Part shown: one piece after another, positions 25,201 through 40,200 of the stretch
Position numbering within the stretch: the first letter of the stretch is position 1
Layout: each line of letters starts with the position of its first letter
Assembly: GCA_002633005.1 (NCBI GenBank)
Contig: NMRA01000142.1
Coordinates: 186,001-250,000, forward strand
DNA: 64,000 nt
From: Phoronis australis
Taxonomy: Eukaryota > Animalia > Phoronida
Direction of reading: 5' to 3'
Notes under the pieces: model-generated
What the model saw: only the letters and a program-made list of their open reading frames with translations
Told to the model about the DNA's origin: nothing
Databases searched by the model: none
Position numbers and translations under genes: made by a program

Positions 25201-28200
25201 CGCCAGTCATCCCAACCCATTTCAAACTCGTCGGCAAATCTCAAGCAGAATCCTGTAACGCAATCAGTTTTTCCTCAGATACGGCACAAATGATCGGACA
25301 AAAACAGGCATCAAGGTGTGCAGACCTTTATGACGTTCCATATTCGTCTAGGTAAGATTTTAAAAGGTCTTCAATGCACTGAGTGTGGCTTGAATAACCG
25401 CATATGACACACCTTCCTTTTCAAAACTTTGTGTTGAGGCAAACAAAAAATATCGAGAACATTTATCAGATGAAGTTTTTATAAGATTCAACCAGAGAAC
25501 AACTCTTTTATTATTTTCACTTCAATTACCATTTCTCATTACCGTAATTATCATTATCATTGGACATTATCCTTATAAACAATATTACCATTTACGCTAG
25601 GATTTAAATTTGATAAAAAGACACAGCGTCATTGTACATGTATCCATCTCTGAAGTAAGAGCGTACTAGGAAGAGTGTAAACACACGACTTCAACAGAAG
25701 TCGCGTTGATAGTTGTAGTTAATACTCTGACTTTTACCTGTGAACTTTCCTTTGCTGACTAAAGAGCCACAAGAACACGCGGAGATCAGTGTATTCTCCA
25801 GAGTCAGACACAACACTGCACCAGGTTCATCGATGGTGAAATGTCTGCCCTGGGAGCCCTGAAATTTTTAACAACATTTTCGAAAAACAATAAGGGGTAT
25901 AAAAATCACTATTGATCTCTGATTATGCAATATGGCTATTAACTTTAGGATATCCAATTTCATGCAATGATAAGCATCTTGACAGAATTATGCAACTCTC
26001 ATCATATTCGTGGTATAAAGGACGCCTTAGTTTTTACCTTAATAAGCCACAGAAACTATATTCTAACTATTTTATGTAATTTTGAAGTTGGACACTTATA
26101 ACCCGCAGAAACCATGCTCAATATAACTATGTGCATTTGGCTCATGTCATCTGGGAGTCAAAATAAATATCTTATGCACTATCCAGATGAAAAAGTCAAA
26201 ACTTAAAAAACTTGCAACAAAAGAATTGCAAAACAACCTTTCTGACTAACACTGCAAACAAAGCAACAATCTTACTGCACAATGTTATATGATTGTACCG
26301 TCATTATCAAGAATCAAATTTCTTATAAATAACTTCTCAAATAAATATTAATTAAGAGTAGACCCAATAAAGCTTTAATTTTAAAATACCCGAAGATCAC
26401 ATCTCTTTTTGTGCACAATTTCCACGAACACATTTTTCCCACGAAACTTACAAATACCGTTTCGTTAATTCCATTAGCTACAAAGCATGTCTGGGATTTT
26501 CTTTTAAGGCTTTTTGCTCCAGAACTCTGTAGTCAAAAAGGGAGACTTCAACAGTCATTGGAATAAACAGAATTGATTTTTGACAGCTGAGCTCAATGAG
26601 CTAAAAGGCCTTAAAAGAAAATCCCAGACATGCTTTGTAGCTAATAGAATTCATGAAACAACAATTTTGCAAGTTCTGTGCAAAAAGTATGTTTCTTGTG
26701 GACCAAAAAAATTTCATGCTTAAAAAATGCATTCCATTACAAAACATCTGAGCCTCTGTACATAGAGATTCTGTGATCGTCAAGGATTTTAAAAATATGT
26801 ACATAATGATACATTACTAATATTTAAAACTTAGTTTAAGATTTTTATATGTAGGCAACATGAAATTCTATCACTATCTGATTTGTTTGCTTGACTGTAG
26901 ACTTGAAAAATGGAAAGCCAGACTAATTCAGTGACTGTCTCACTTTTCCACTACATAAGTCACATACCGTAGCGCCCCCTGTGAGGGGCATGCAGATGCC
27001 AAGGTCGTCAACCGTGAACTGCAGGAAAAGAGTGGTGGGTCTAGAATCTGTCACCGATCCATGTACTGGCAAAAAGTGGTCGTAAACCTGCTGAGTGGCT
27101 GCCAACACCTGTGGAGAAATAGAAAGCATGCTACACGCATATAACTCTTCAGTGTCGTGAGAGCACAAAAAAGCATCTTTCCCTTGACCCACTTTCGTTT
27201 AACCCACTTTTGCCAGGCCTGTTTTCTAGTTCTGGTGTGCAGGAGTTGACAGGAAGGAAACATAATACGCAATATTCGCTTCGTTCACTAACATTTTGAA
27301 TGGATGGACATTTTCAAGTGAATCTTTTGAATATCCCACTGCACAACCGTGGCAATTTGACAGTATGATGGTGGGAAAGAATACATGAAAAACAGAAAAT
27401 ATCCCACTACACTAAATCCATAAGCGAACGCCAAACGTTGTCCACCAACTACCCTATTGCCATCTAGCGACAAGGTGTATTTCATCATATCGCCGTTAAA
27501 ACAAAAATGGCACTTGACACAAAGCAGACATTCAAATATACACCAATTGTGGATTGAGCTCCACATGTAACCACTTGTGATAAGGAATTGTGTCAAGGAA
27601 GTTCAGTTACCAAAAAGAGCACCAGTTAAGAAGAAAGTAATTTATCTCATAGCATTGCTGCGCTGCCATGTAATAACCCAAACAGTGACTTTCACTGGAA
27701 CTAGTGTATGAAGCTAGTTTGCAAATATTTTAGAGAAGACACCGTCACGTGTCTGATACACGGTAATGAAAAGGGGAGACATCAACATGTATGAACAGCT
27801 GAAAAGTACCGCCTGTTGTCTTTGTCAAAGTGTTTTCGGAAAGTGCAAAAAACACCCATCAATTTCATCAGGAATGTCGTTTAGCGACTGTGTATTTGCC
27901 TCTGACATCTTGCTTGTTTGTCGGGTGTCACGTGACTTTTCACAAGGAGGCGGAGCTTGCGATAGGTAAATTCCTCCAAATCTTACTTGGGGTCAAATAA
28001 TATACGTTTCGCCTACTATTTAATATGAAAAACATATCAATAACAAGCCAGGTGGACGAAAACATGAAAGCACAGCACTTTACAAAAAGAAGGGTCAAGA
28101 TTCGCATACAAAACAATATGCGTCATACTAATTAGTTTAGTTTGTAGTTGAAATTGTTTATTCGGTGGGCTAAAATCATAAAAGTGTCAAACAGAAAGTA

Positions 28201-31200
28201 GCATTCATTTCACTAGAAATCAATTACCAGGTCTAGATAAGTGAGTGCAGTCTGACAATAGTTTATAGCTTTCTGATGCTGTGTGTGTAATGAACGAAAT
28301 ATAATGCCATGGGTGAACCTGGCTTGGAGTTCACCAGAGTAGTGTGTGCAGTGCAAGAAGTATATTTGGCATCATTTCATGTGTGGTAAGTATGAAGAGC
28401 AGGCATACCTCCGTATTCAGAGCCATCCTCTGCTCACTCCAATAGTCATAGGCGTTCTTGTAGTTCAACCAAACCATGACAGCTGCAATGTCCAATATAA
28501 GACGTATAAAAACTTAGAACAAAAGCAACATAAATTTTATATGCTTTAGGTAAAATATTAATTGACATCAAGCAGTTTTTAAAGACACAAAGACTGCATC
28601 CTTTCCTGATGAATGTCAAGTTTGAATAATGACAAAATTTATTGATCAGTTATGGAATCAATTTAGTATTGTCTCATTGCTGCTAATACTCTCAAAAAGA
28701 ATAAAATAAAATAACCTAAATTCACTTAAAACATACCAACACAAAAGAGAGAGAATAGCATTTTGCCTGGACAATGTCCATCAGCCTAGACAAATAGCAA
28801 CATCTAGATACTAGACGTTTTCAATACAAGACTTGTAACACAAACGCCAGATTGTTCTTAATTCAAAACCGAAACACCCCTTTTCATCAAATCCTAAGCC
28901 ATTGTAGCTATGAAGTGTGTTTAGTCAGTGACTGTCATCTCCTTAAACATGGCAGTGACTGGTAAACTTTCCAAATTTTATTTCAGAAGAGTTCGAAGTA
29001 CCTTTGTCAAACGAGACTGGTTGTACAAGTATGACAGGTTTCTGCAGTGTGATGAGCAAAGCCTCCTGATCTTCTGATTGGCCAGTGATGATCTCATCCT
29101 GAAATACAAATGAATGATGAAGAATGATTGGCCACTGATGACCTCATCCTGTAGCACATGTGCATGATAAAGCATGATTGGCTAGTGATAACCTTATCCT
29201 GTAACACAAGTGCATTATGAGGAATGATTGGCCAGTGCATGACAAACAATGATTGGCCACTGATGACCTGATTCTGAAGCATCCTGGTGGGTGATGATCC
29301 CATTTTGTAGTGACCCAAGCCATAGAATCAGATTTTTGACTGTATACCAATCTGTCACTATTTGTCATGTGATCTTGATAAAAAATTTAGCAAAGAATTA
29401 AAGGTAAATTCATAGCAAAACAGCAGGATCAATAACATGTCTTGTTTGCTATAAATGGTCAATATATATTATCTCAAAACACTGAGGTTAGTTTTCTAAA
29501 TTGTCATTTCGTTTTTGTTTTACATAACGTTAATTTTTTTTTTGTGAAAACATAAAAAATCCTATATTTGATAGCCCCTCATGCAAAAGTGGAACATTTT
29601 AAAAATAATTCCTAACAGTAGAACAGTAGTAGTTTTTGTTAATACGATCCAAAGTTGGCCAAAATTGGACATTTTTCTAGGGACCTACAACAACACTTTT
29701 AAGTGTGATTATAAAGTGGTTTATAATTGAAAAAATAAGAAAGAACTGAATGGTAAGTACAAAAACATAACAGTAACAGAAAATGAGAACATTTACCGCA
29801 GGGAAAAGTGCTTCTCCCTGTGAAAGCAAGTAAAAATTCAAGTTAACACCAAGCACAGAACGCGCTCAGTGTATCAAGAGATAGTAAAGTCTGTAAGCAG
29901 TGTTTAGTACATAGAGCACTTAACAATTAGCATCCTCTTATATGCCATTACATAAGCCTTTTTATAAACAAAGTTGATTAAGTGCTCAGGCGGTGTTCCT
30001 CAAATTTCATTCCAGGGCCATATCTCTCAAAGAGTCTGAAGCCAAAAGTTGATTTTTGTCTCTTGCCTTTGGCTTTCACTCTGCTCGCAAGCAGGCTACG
30101 GATTTCTGTCTTTTGGCTTCAAGTTGTTAACAGAATTTCTGACGTTTAGCCATAACCTGATCTCAAGGAAACAGGCTAAACCATTCGTAGACTGATTTTA
30201 GACAAAAGTCAAAAGACACTTAGACTCTTTAAGAAATAGTCAACAGCTTAAATGTGGGATCAGCCTAATGAGGACATGGAGCTGTAGCAGAGAACTGAGA
30301 GATAACTGTGCAGGGTCTTGAAAATTGAACTTGTCTAGCAACCCTATCATTTTCAGTACTAGTACTTGAAGCACTAGGCGTGAGTACCCACGTCATAAAG
30401 TTAACTTCATCTTCTTCATTTACTGCAGGTGAATTAAACCAAGCACAGGAGATATGGGCATTTCACACCAAATGCAAAATTAAAACGAAACTTAAACAAG
30501 CTGCCTGATGGTTGGTTTTCGGCGGAGGGTTACATTTTGAAGCAAACAAAAAACTTAAGATATTGTTTGATTTAGACATTACAGATCTGGATGCCAATTT
30601 CAAAAGGACGTATTATAAGTAAAACAGATGTGAAAAGGGAAACTCTCACTCATTACAAAGTGAAGGAGAAAGTAGTGCACCTATATGATTAACGTATTGA
30701 ATCTGGAATAAAAATAAATTATAAGCAATGGAAAATGTGTTTTAAGTAATTTTTGGCTCAACGTTCATGTACCCAAAATAACAAATAAGCTCTACAAGAT
30801 TTAAAGCCTTCCTTTAACAGACTTTATATGTATTGGGCTATCCAAATAGTTCTAGTAAATGCTTTAGATTATTACATTTGGCAATTTATGGCATTGGTTT
30901 GCTCAGAACGATGCTCTCAAGAAGTTGCATGTAACAAATTTAAGTGAGCCACCATTCCACGTAGGATTTAAAGACATTACATGGTAAACACTGAATAACG
31001 AAGAATACAAATTTCTTAAAATAAATATTTAATACAATTTACTGTAACTGTAATCGCATAGACAACAGCGACAAACAGCAGATGCGATGACACAACGTCA
31101 TTACAATACAAGAAATAATGGGTTAACTGTTCATTCATGTCAGTGCTCTCCACAACAGAAAATTCCAACTCAAATGGTATAACAAAATTCATGATAGTGC

Positions 31201-34200
31201 TACGTGTTCGAAAGTCCATGTCTATAATGTGGAAAGTTCGTGTCTTTTTCTTGGAATAAATGCATTGAACTGATACCAAAAATCAAAAATGTGCAAATTT
31301 GCTTAGAAATGATTAATCTCCCAATAGTTAAAACTTGACGCATAGGTTTTCAAACTCGAAGCGAGTAAGTCAAACTCGTCACCACAAAACTCAAACTCGA
31401 GGCAGTGACAAGTCAAAACAATTTGTGAAAAACACTGCATGTTAAAGACACTCAATTTATAGAAACTGTATAATTATGAACGTTCAGTTATGACGTATCT
31501 GTCACTATTATGACATAATTTGGACCCAAAAATGGGAATAGAAATGTCACATCATTTTGCAAAATATTGCAGGTCTTGGATTTCTTCCTGTTCAGGTAAC
31601 CCCAGTTTAGCACACAATTATGTGTTTGGATTAATCAGTGCGTTCTAACAGTTGCACCCATCGCATGTTCCTCTGGAGTTGAGAAGAATTAATATTGACC
31701 AGGTCCATAGCCAGGTGATAATTTTTGAAGAGCTTGGCAACTTACAAGGCTACATAAATCTGGCCTTACTTAATGTTCTTTTTGTTCTTAATTTTAGCAC
31801 GATTTTAATTATTATTGGACTGAGTCCGAAGTATCAAAATACTGCCATACTAAACAAGCAAATAGTGTATGACACAACACGAAATTGGATGTTCTAGTGA
31901 TAAGTTTATTTTATAACAATGCTGTGGCCAAAAACTTTTAATCTTAATCTCAGACATCTTTTGATTTAGACCACTCACAGTCTGTATTACTGTTGAAAAA
32001 TTAATCTTGACTTGTTCCTTACTCAAATATGGAGCGATTCCTCATCTTGGAAAAAATTGACAGTTAGTAGTTACATTAATTTAGACCAGACTCAACAAGA
32101 TGGCTTCTCATGGAGTTTTTATTATATGGCCAACAGGTGGCGTGCAGAGTTTTTATTCAGCTTTATGCTTTCAGCATAGGTTCAAGCACTAACAAACTGT
32201 CTGACCCAACCAAGTTCAGAATCCTCATTTCATCAGAGTAAAGGAGAAGTTGAGAACAGTTAAGAGGTCTAAATCAGAATCAACAGTTTGATTCTTTGAC
32301 GTAACACGGTGTTTATAACAGTGCTGCTTTTAAGTTCTGTAGCGGACTGAATTGACGCATATTATTATATTTAAATGTGCAATTAAATGCTGGTATTAAA
32401 ATACCAACATTTAATTGCACATTTAAAGCTCATGCAAATAAAATTTGACCCAACAATGACCTCGCAACTGAGTTAACCTTACCGGCAATGCATTGCGGAT
32501 ACTGATCCTGGTCTTGAAGAAAGACAGAGTCTGAAACTCAGGCTCGGCTTCCTCAAACATGGGATTCTTGATCAGCTGACCTAACGACACATTTAAGTCA
32601 ACTTGGGCTTTGGCGAACAACTTGAAGTTCAAGCCTAGGAAAAAAATAGATCAACCATTTACAAAAAATAAAATGTTCACCACTGCAGTGATATAATCAT
32701 GAGACACTGGTCAGGAATGATTGTCATTTTTTGAGGTATTTAAGGTGTTGTAGCAATGCATCCTTTGGCAGCCAAAAAGTCATCATAGCATTTGACTAGT
32801 GAAGAACAATCAACACTGAATGTATAATACGGTATTTCAAACTAAGAATCCTGGCCAATTGTTCGCAAAATAGGCGGACAAGAAATCTTTCTTTGACAGC
32901 TATTTGTGACTTTATTTAGTCTTGATCTGTCAGTTATTTTGTAGTCTCACTATTTATCTCGAATCAAATATGGTACACACAATCATTATGTAATTACAAG
33001 GTAGTTCATTTATCAAAATCATCAACAAAGTAAACATGTCAGGAAGAAAACTATTCGCCCGGTTTATTTTGTACAGCAGTCATCAACAAAAACATAATAA
33101 CATTGATGCACTGAGCTTTTGAAAAAAGGCAATTTTGGCAATCAGGGAAGTGATTGGAAACCCAGACATAATGGGAAAGGTTTTCCGGCAATAAGTCTTA
33201 CAACAGAATTGTAAAAATTTTAACTGCTTAGCTCAAAGTTGGAGCTTGTACCAAATTTTAGAAATTATAGGAAATATTGAACGTCCGACATCTAAGAAGT
33301 ATGAAAAAGATTGCAAAAATTACCCACGTCTGAAATTTTGGAAATGGTACGGTACCAGCTACACATATTTCAATTTTGCGGTTGCTCTTTGTAATATGTC
33401 ATCAATCAGAAACATTCCTGACTTTCAGCATGAATTTAAGACTCAGTCGACACAAAGTGCAGTGCCCGCTATTGGAGAAATATAGTGATGAATACCAAAA
33501 TGGCCCATGTGCCAATCTTCAGATCAAGGAAATTGAATTTTTGCGAGAATTTCAGTGCTCCAAATTTTAGAGATTTCTCCAAACTCAAGAACTTTTACAA
33601 TAATTGTAACATGGAAAATAAAGCTACTGAATTACGCAAACTTTGCCTTACTTTCTGCCAGTGTCTTCTCATGGGCTGATTTACTTCTGACCCGATTGGA
33701 CAGTTCTAGGTCAATGATGCCAGTTTCTAGTCGTACTGCACTGAAAGTGGGAGTCGTGGCAGTGATCTGGATACACTGTAAGTGGAAGGGAGATCTTCTA
33801 GTGACCAAAACACAATTGAAAACAAGAGCAACACAGAGCACTGATATGTGCCCACCGTCGCATACAGCACAGATACAAGGGATGACCATGATTTTAGAAA
33901 TTACCACTAGTGGAAGCAATTAAACATTTAAAGTAAATTTCAGATAGCCTCTAAGGAACACTAACCAATTCAGCCAGAATGCTCTCCTCAATAGGAAAAC
34001 GCTTTACCACCTTTCATCGGGATACTTCAACTAGTCTGACGAATAGCAATGCAGACACAAAACAGACACAAAAATAATGAAAAGTCACACTAGGAGGTAG
34101 AATGTAGGTCAACTCCATCTGAAACGGGCAAGGTGCCACCATCTTTTTGATAATAAACTTATTTGCCAAATTTAATGAACATCCATCATAGAACTCCGTA

Positions 34201-37200
34201 ATATAATGAAAACCAAAACTGCCACTAGAGGACTCCACAGTAACCAGGCTTGTCTGGAAATTAACACCACACAAGTTCTCCCCAGTAGAAATGTTAATTT
34301 TCAAAGACGTAAGGACGCCGAATGGACAGATGCCAGACAGAAATAACACCAATGTGATGACATACACATACGTGCACACATAAAAACAACACATAACATT
34401 AAAAAAGAAAATAATTAAATGTTTAAGCTACAGACAATGAATAAGAGAAAAAAGGATTCAAATCATATCTGATGTAAAGTGTGCAACTATGATTAAGTTA
34501 AATAAAGACCACCAGGGGGCTCCAAAATGTTCTCTGGCTACCTCCAATCTGCTTTTTTCCTACTAAATTTCCCATCAAGTAGAAACACACCCACACATGT
34601 TGAAACTTAAAATAACTTTACAGAGCACCGAATTCAGACAAAAATTGTTAATTTTCTTCAATGCTTAACTGCTCATTTAAGACGCACTCAAGTTGCAGTG
34701 ATACAATCTTACCTTAAGTCTGACGATAAATGAATAGAGCAAAGGTTTTGGTGCTGCACCCGACCCTCCATCAGTCCACAGGGGCACCGGCTTCTCACCA
34801 CCAGACATTTTCTGAAGAACTTCATTGATTTCCTGTGGATAACGTTACGTAACATTGAAATGATCCACATGTAAATTCAACAATTAAAATGTTAATAAAA
34901 AAAAATTATTGCGGGCAGTCTGGTACAGGTTGTACCAGATGTACTCAGGCTGGTCAGGTTGATCCATTGCACTGCACAACTGGAACCATCATTATGCTTT
35001 TAGTTAAAACTGAACTGAGGAACCAGAGACCTGACTCAAGGGACTAGCAGCGCGCCCTAGTGGGACTAAAACCCACAACCTTGGGTGAAGGAAGGAGACA
35101 CTTATTCTTTGAAGCCACATTGCCTTCTCTATACATTAATTACCTATTATAATAATTATACAACTTTTAATGTAACCTACAATTTTTAGATAATCTGTTC
35201 AATCACACGGGAATACATTCAAGTACTAGGACCAAGTCCTGTACAGTTGTATAATGTGTATTTTATGCAGACTATTAATAAGTGTAAAAACTAATAAGGG
35301 CTGTTCCAGTAAAATCCGTGTGGGGGGAAGGCAATTGAAATAAAAATTTATGGGTGGTTGTGTTTCACTTAAATTCAAAATGGCTGGTGGTCGTACTTCA
35401 AAAAAATAAAAATTTACAGGTCGTTGTTGTTTCATTGGGCCATAACTTTGATGGTGGGTAATTTCAGTAACTGTTATAAACAATCCGCACAGAATCAACA
35501 ACTAAAACGAAAACGCAACTTGCAAAGAGCTCCGACTTTTTCACTCCCTCCGATCTCCCCTTTTGGCATGCCCATAACACCAGTCAACCACAGGCGCCCG
35601 AATTTCTCCATGGCTAATAACCATATATAAGAAACATAATTATCTTTTCTTAGTAATGAATGACGTCAGTGGTGAACGAGGAACAGATAAACTCAAGTGC
35701 CTAGTGTGCAGTCAACCACAAGAACAACAAAAAATTACGGGTGATTGCATTTCAAACTTATAAAAAATTACAGGTGGTGGGCTGAAGAAATAAATGAAAA
35801 ATATGGGTGGTGGGTGCGAAAAAAAGTGCCTTCCCCCTCCCATACAGATTTTACTGGAACAGCCCAAAATATTGAATGAGCATAAACTAAAAATAAGCCA
35901 TTTAAAACTGAAGGCAAAAAGAACAACCCTAATAATGATTATGACTATTCAAATTGTCAACTCAAGGAAACTATTATTCAGAGAAATTCCATTAATACAT
36001 AAACAGTTATAAAGCCAATCAAATTTCAACATTTTTCTAGTGTTCTACATACCCTTAACAAACACACCATCCCATAATATTACCTTCATGAACACTTTCT
36101 GGGCAAACACCAGGTGGTTTAACAGGTCAGTAGTCAGCGTGTGCTCAAAGGCGCCCACCTCAGCCATGGCATATAGATAACTCCCCTCCTGCAAAACAAG
36201 TCCCTCAGCAGGGACATCCCCCACATCGCTGGTGCCGTCACGGGTGACGTGGGTTAGTACGGCGCCGGCGACATGTACGGGAGGCAGGTCAATACTTGCC
36301 GAGGAAGGTACGTTGGGAATGTCTCGTTCAGGAACCTTAACAGTAAAACAAGAGTAGAGTGTTAAAAATAAAAACAAATGAGGTGTAAAAATGAAAAATA
36401 ACAATAAGACAATTTTACAGGTCCACGTTAGTGTTGTTGAAAATCACCCAACTTAATGGTTGATAGCTTTAGTCGAAATCTAATTTGTAATCACCATAAC
36501 TTCAAGTGGTCGCTGTTGGATCGATCATGTGACTGACGGCAAATATAAGAGGAAGGAATTCTAGCATTTTAATTTGAACTTCAAGTTTTTTGGTCTATTT
36601 GGCATATTTTACTAACTACTCTGAAACAAATGTTGAGCCTTTGCTGTCAATTTTGTAGCAACGAAAATAACTCCAGCATCTTCAAACCAGGGGTGTAACA
36701 TGAGCAAGTAGCATCTGCATGTTGCGGTGGCTGAATCGCAGGTTGTATTAGTTTATATACGACTGCTTCTGCCATCACTGCTCATGTCAAATAGCAAGTT
36801 CTTAAGTGTCTCAAAAAGTCATTAGAAAGTGAAAGAACACATCGTTCTCAGACAGACTGACATTTTTGAAACTACACTTTGAGGAATTGCTAAGTTTTAA
36901 AAATTTTACTCGACTAAAAACATTCGAAATACCTTTCATAGTCTATAGATGTGACGAGAAATGCCTCCATGTTGCCCTTTAACAGACAAGGAGGAGCTGA
37001 ATAATCATCTGACTCATACTTTGCATTATAGACTGCGAGTAGGAAATATTCTGACCCTTAAATTGAATTTGTCAACAGACCGAAAACTGAGACTAACCTT
37101 TGAGTGAAAGCTGAGAGAGTGTGAGGGTAAGTCTACAGTGAAGTTAGCTTGATCTCCAGTGATGCCAGAGGCGGTCACCTCACCAATCTGAAAATAAGGG

Positions 37201-40200
37201 AACATATTAAATCTGTTCAACTTTTTACCATGCGCTGGCAAGTTTTATCGGGTACCTTCCACAGGGAACTCCACAAAACTATGAAGTATTATGAAGGTGA
37301 ATAAATTTCAGTTTCTGGTGAAATCAGCGTGCAACAGATTCTGCGATTTCTTAAAATTGTTGAGGATAGACATTCATTAGACATTTTCGACCACATGACC
37401 TCTTCTTTAGCCAGCCACAGAGTAAATTGACTGAGAACTAAATTCAAACACCTAGTTTTTCTTTGTTTTCATCAAAAATACTAATCCTAAGTTATCTCAG
37501 CGACATGGATATTTCAAAGTATAACCATATTCCTATTGGGCTTGCTCAATGAAAAGGAATGCAGAATCGTGTTACCACGGGAACAGCAATTAAAGCCGAG
37601 ATGGATCTCTGAGCTTGAGACAACTGGGATTTGTCAGAATTGAAAACTATCATAAAATTGCAGGTGAATATTAAGATATTTTTATAAACTGCTGTCAATG
37701 ATCTTTTTGAAAATTGTGAATTGTCACTGATGTGAAGCCATCTGGACATTACCGAATCACCCATAAATGTTGAATATAGTATGCCAGTAAACAAATTGTC
37801 ACAAAGTGGCCTGCTTTATTCCATTTAAATACTTACAGTCTTTACTAATCTCAACAGCGTGCGCTTTGAGACCAACTTCTACTAATGAGATCTAAGCGAT
37901 TGCAAACAAGAATTACTCTCCACAACAAAACAATTGAATGACGGAAGTGTTTAATAAATAAAAGAACTAAAAAATCGCACGCTAAACATTAAGTAGTCAG
38001 AATGCAACTAAATGTGGATGCCTGAAAGTGGAATTTCATAAAATTTGAAAGTGGATATTAAGCCGAGTATGGACATTAATGACAACAGATATAGAAAGAG
38101 ACTGTCCACAAAACAGACAAAAACCAAAAACAAACCTGATACGATGCTCTCAATGAAGGTAACAAGGAGGTGCCCACAGCGAGACCACGTAGAACACCTT
38201 TGATTCTGACCACCAGGGGCGCCACTGGAGCCGTCTCAGGGATGGGTTCCTCCATGACTTTAGTGTTGTGTGAGCCTACAGATGCCTGGGCAGCCGAGGG
38301 AATGTCACCGACACTGTCTGATGACCTAGAAGTTTTGAATTACGGCAAGTGGGGTCAGTAACACAGAAATACGACAGTCAATTATAAAACGAAAATGAAT
38401 GAGGATAATTAAACAAATTGAAACAGCATTTTTGACACATCATCTTGAACGTTCAATAAATGCAAAATTTGGTCAGACATGTTATTTATACCGTTGCTTT
38501 GATATGAATGTACTTCTATTTTCTGTGAAATCTTAATAAAAGTACATTGTCACGTATATTGGCATAAACAGCTGCAGTATTCAACACAGAAACGGGGGGA
38601 GCCAAACACAAAACAGTTGGTGATGGCAGAGAAGGGATGAAATGAGAGGCAACTTCAAGTGGCACTTGTTAACGAACGGGAAGAGGAGGTACAATACAAA
38701 ACTGAAATTAGTTTAGACCGGACTGAGGGTTGTACTTTTAAAAACTTATAACGGTTCGAATCACGGTATAATTTGTACATATTTCAATAGATTAAATGCA
38801 CAGGTTTGTCCATAAGGTTCTTTACACAATAGTCCAATATAGTTTTATAACACGTTTGTCCACGTAACGTTTTATCGCTTCATTTTTGGTTTTCTCACAA
38901 CAAACAGTTACACAAGAGATGACGCTACGTGATTTGCTGGAAGTTATTTGCAATTCCTCTCACATTTCGGTCACGTGTCAGACTCGCCATACGTATGAAG
39001 AATCATGCCAGACTGATCATGGGGACGATGACAGCAACAAAGAAATCTTTCTTTGGAAATTTGAATCAATAAGAATTCCAAATCTTGTCAATGCGACAAT
39101 ATTGCATTGTTTGAGCAGACGAAGGCAGGCAAGACAGAGAGTGCATTTGACTATTTACTATTCTTCAGAAAGAACACAATTTATGTTTTAACACCACCTT
39201 TGGCAACAAAAGTAAATAAACATATAACTACAGGGGTGCGTTCTGCAGATGCAAAAACCACAAGACCACTCAGGAACACACACGTGAAAGACGAGGACTT
39301 CATGACTGTGCTTGAAATTTTACTAGATTGGCGTACTCAAGATGAAGAGCAGCCCAAGTATCATGGGCCTACAGAACGCATCCCAGGTAACAATCAAGAA
39401 AACAACAGGAAACCAGGAAAAACTCTAAAGGTGGTGCTGGTGAAAACAACACACCACTGATATAAATGCATGCAATCGGCGTGTAGTTACATAGGTTGAA
39501 CAAATATCTGTTCACAGTTTACACAATTCAGTATGCGATAAATGCACACAGAGGAATTCACCATCGCCACCTAGTGGCATCTCGCATTCTGAAAACATTG
39601 AAATATAAAACAGACAAAGAATTTCAACTGCAAGCTTTGAACACATCATGTGATAATTAACATCAAACTATACCTCGGAGAAAGCGCAGGGATGAAACAG
39701 TACATCAGGTTTTGGGCAGTGCTCGATTTTCTTTAAAACAATGTACTGGGATGATAAGTCAAATTCAACAAACGCACATTCAGTAAACGCAGTCATTACG
39801 AACACAAACAATGAATCCCACAATGAAACAAAAACCAGTGAAGAAGATGAAGTGTCCATTTCATAAAAAATAACTTATGACTTTTAATTGTGACTTAAAA
39901 GTCACAAATGTTGACTAATACTCTCACTTCAGAATTACCAAATGACATTTTATCATTTACTTGTTAGCGCATCACAGTTAAGAAATAACTGATGAAAATT
40001 ATCTGAGTGACCACCACTTATCAGTGTGTTCAGAAAACTTCAACTTTAAATTTGCTGTGAGGTAAAAATGATATTCGGAGATAGTTGTGAGGAGCATAAA
40101 ACCAAATTTCCGATTTTAATATATAGTCACTTTTCGTGAAACAGACACCAGGGTAAAGAGGAAGCACAAAACTGCTCGTCAACGAACGAGTCGTACATTA

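Noticed and set aside
29075-29280. Repeat arrays here and at 16120-17710 as possible CRISPR arrays
   Set aside because: Eukaryotic intron context, head-to-tail units without unique spacers, and no cas genes.
35030-35124. Functional tRNA gene
   Set aside because: A and B boxes are degenerate and no proper cloverleaf is evident; better read as a decayed SINE head.
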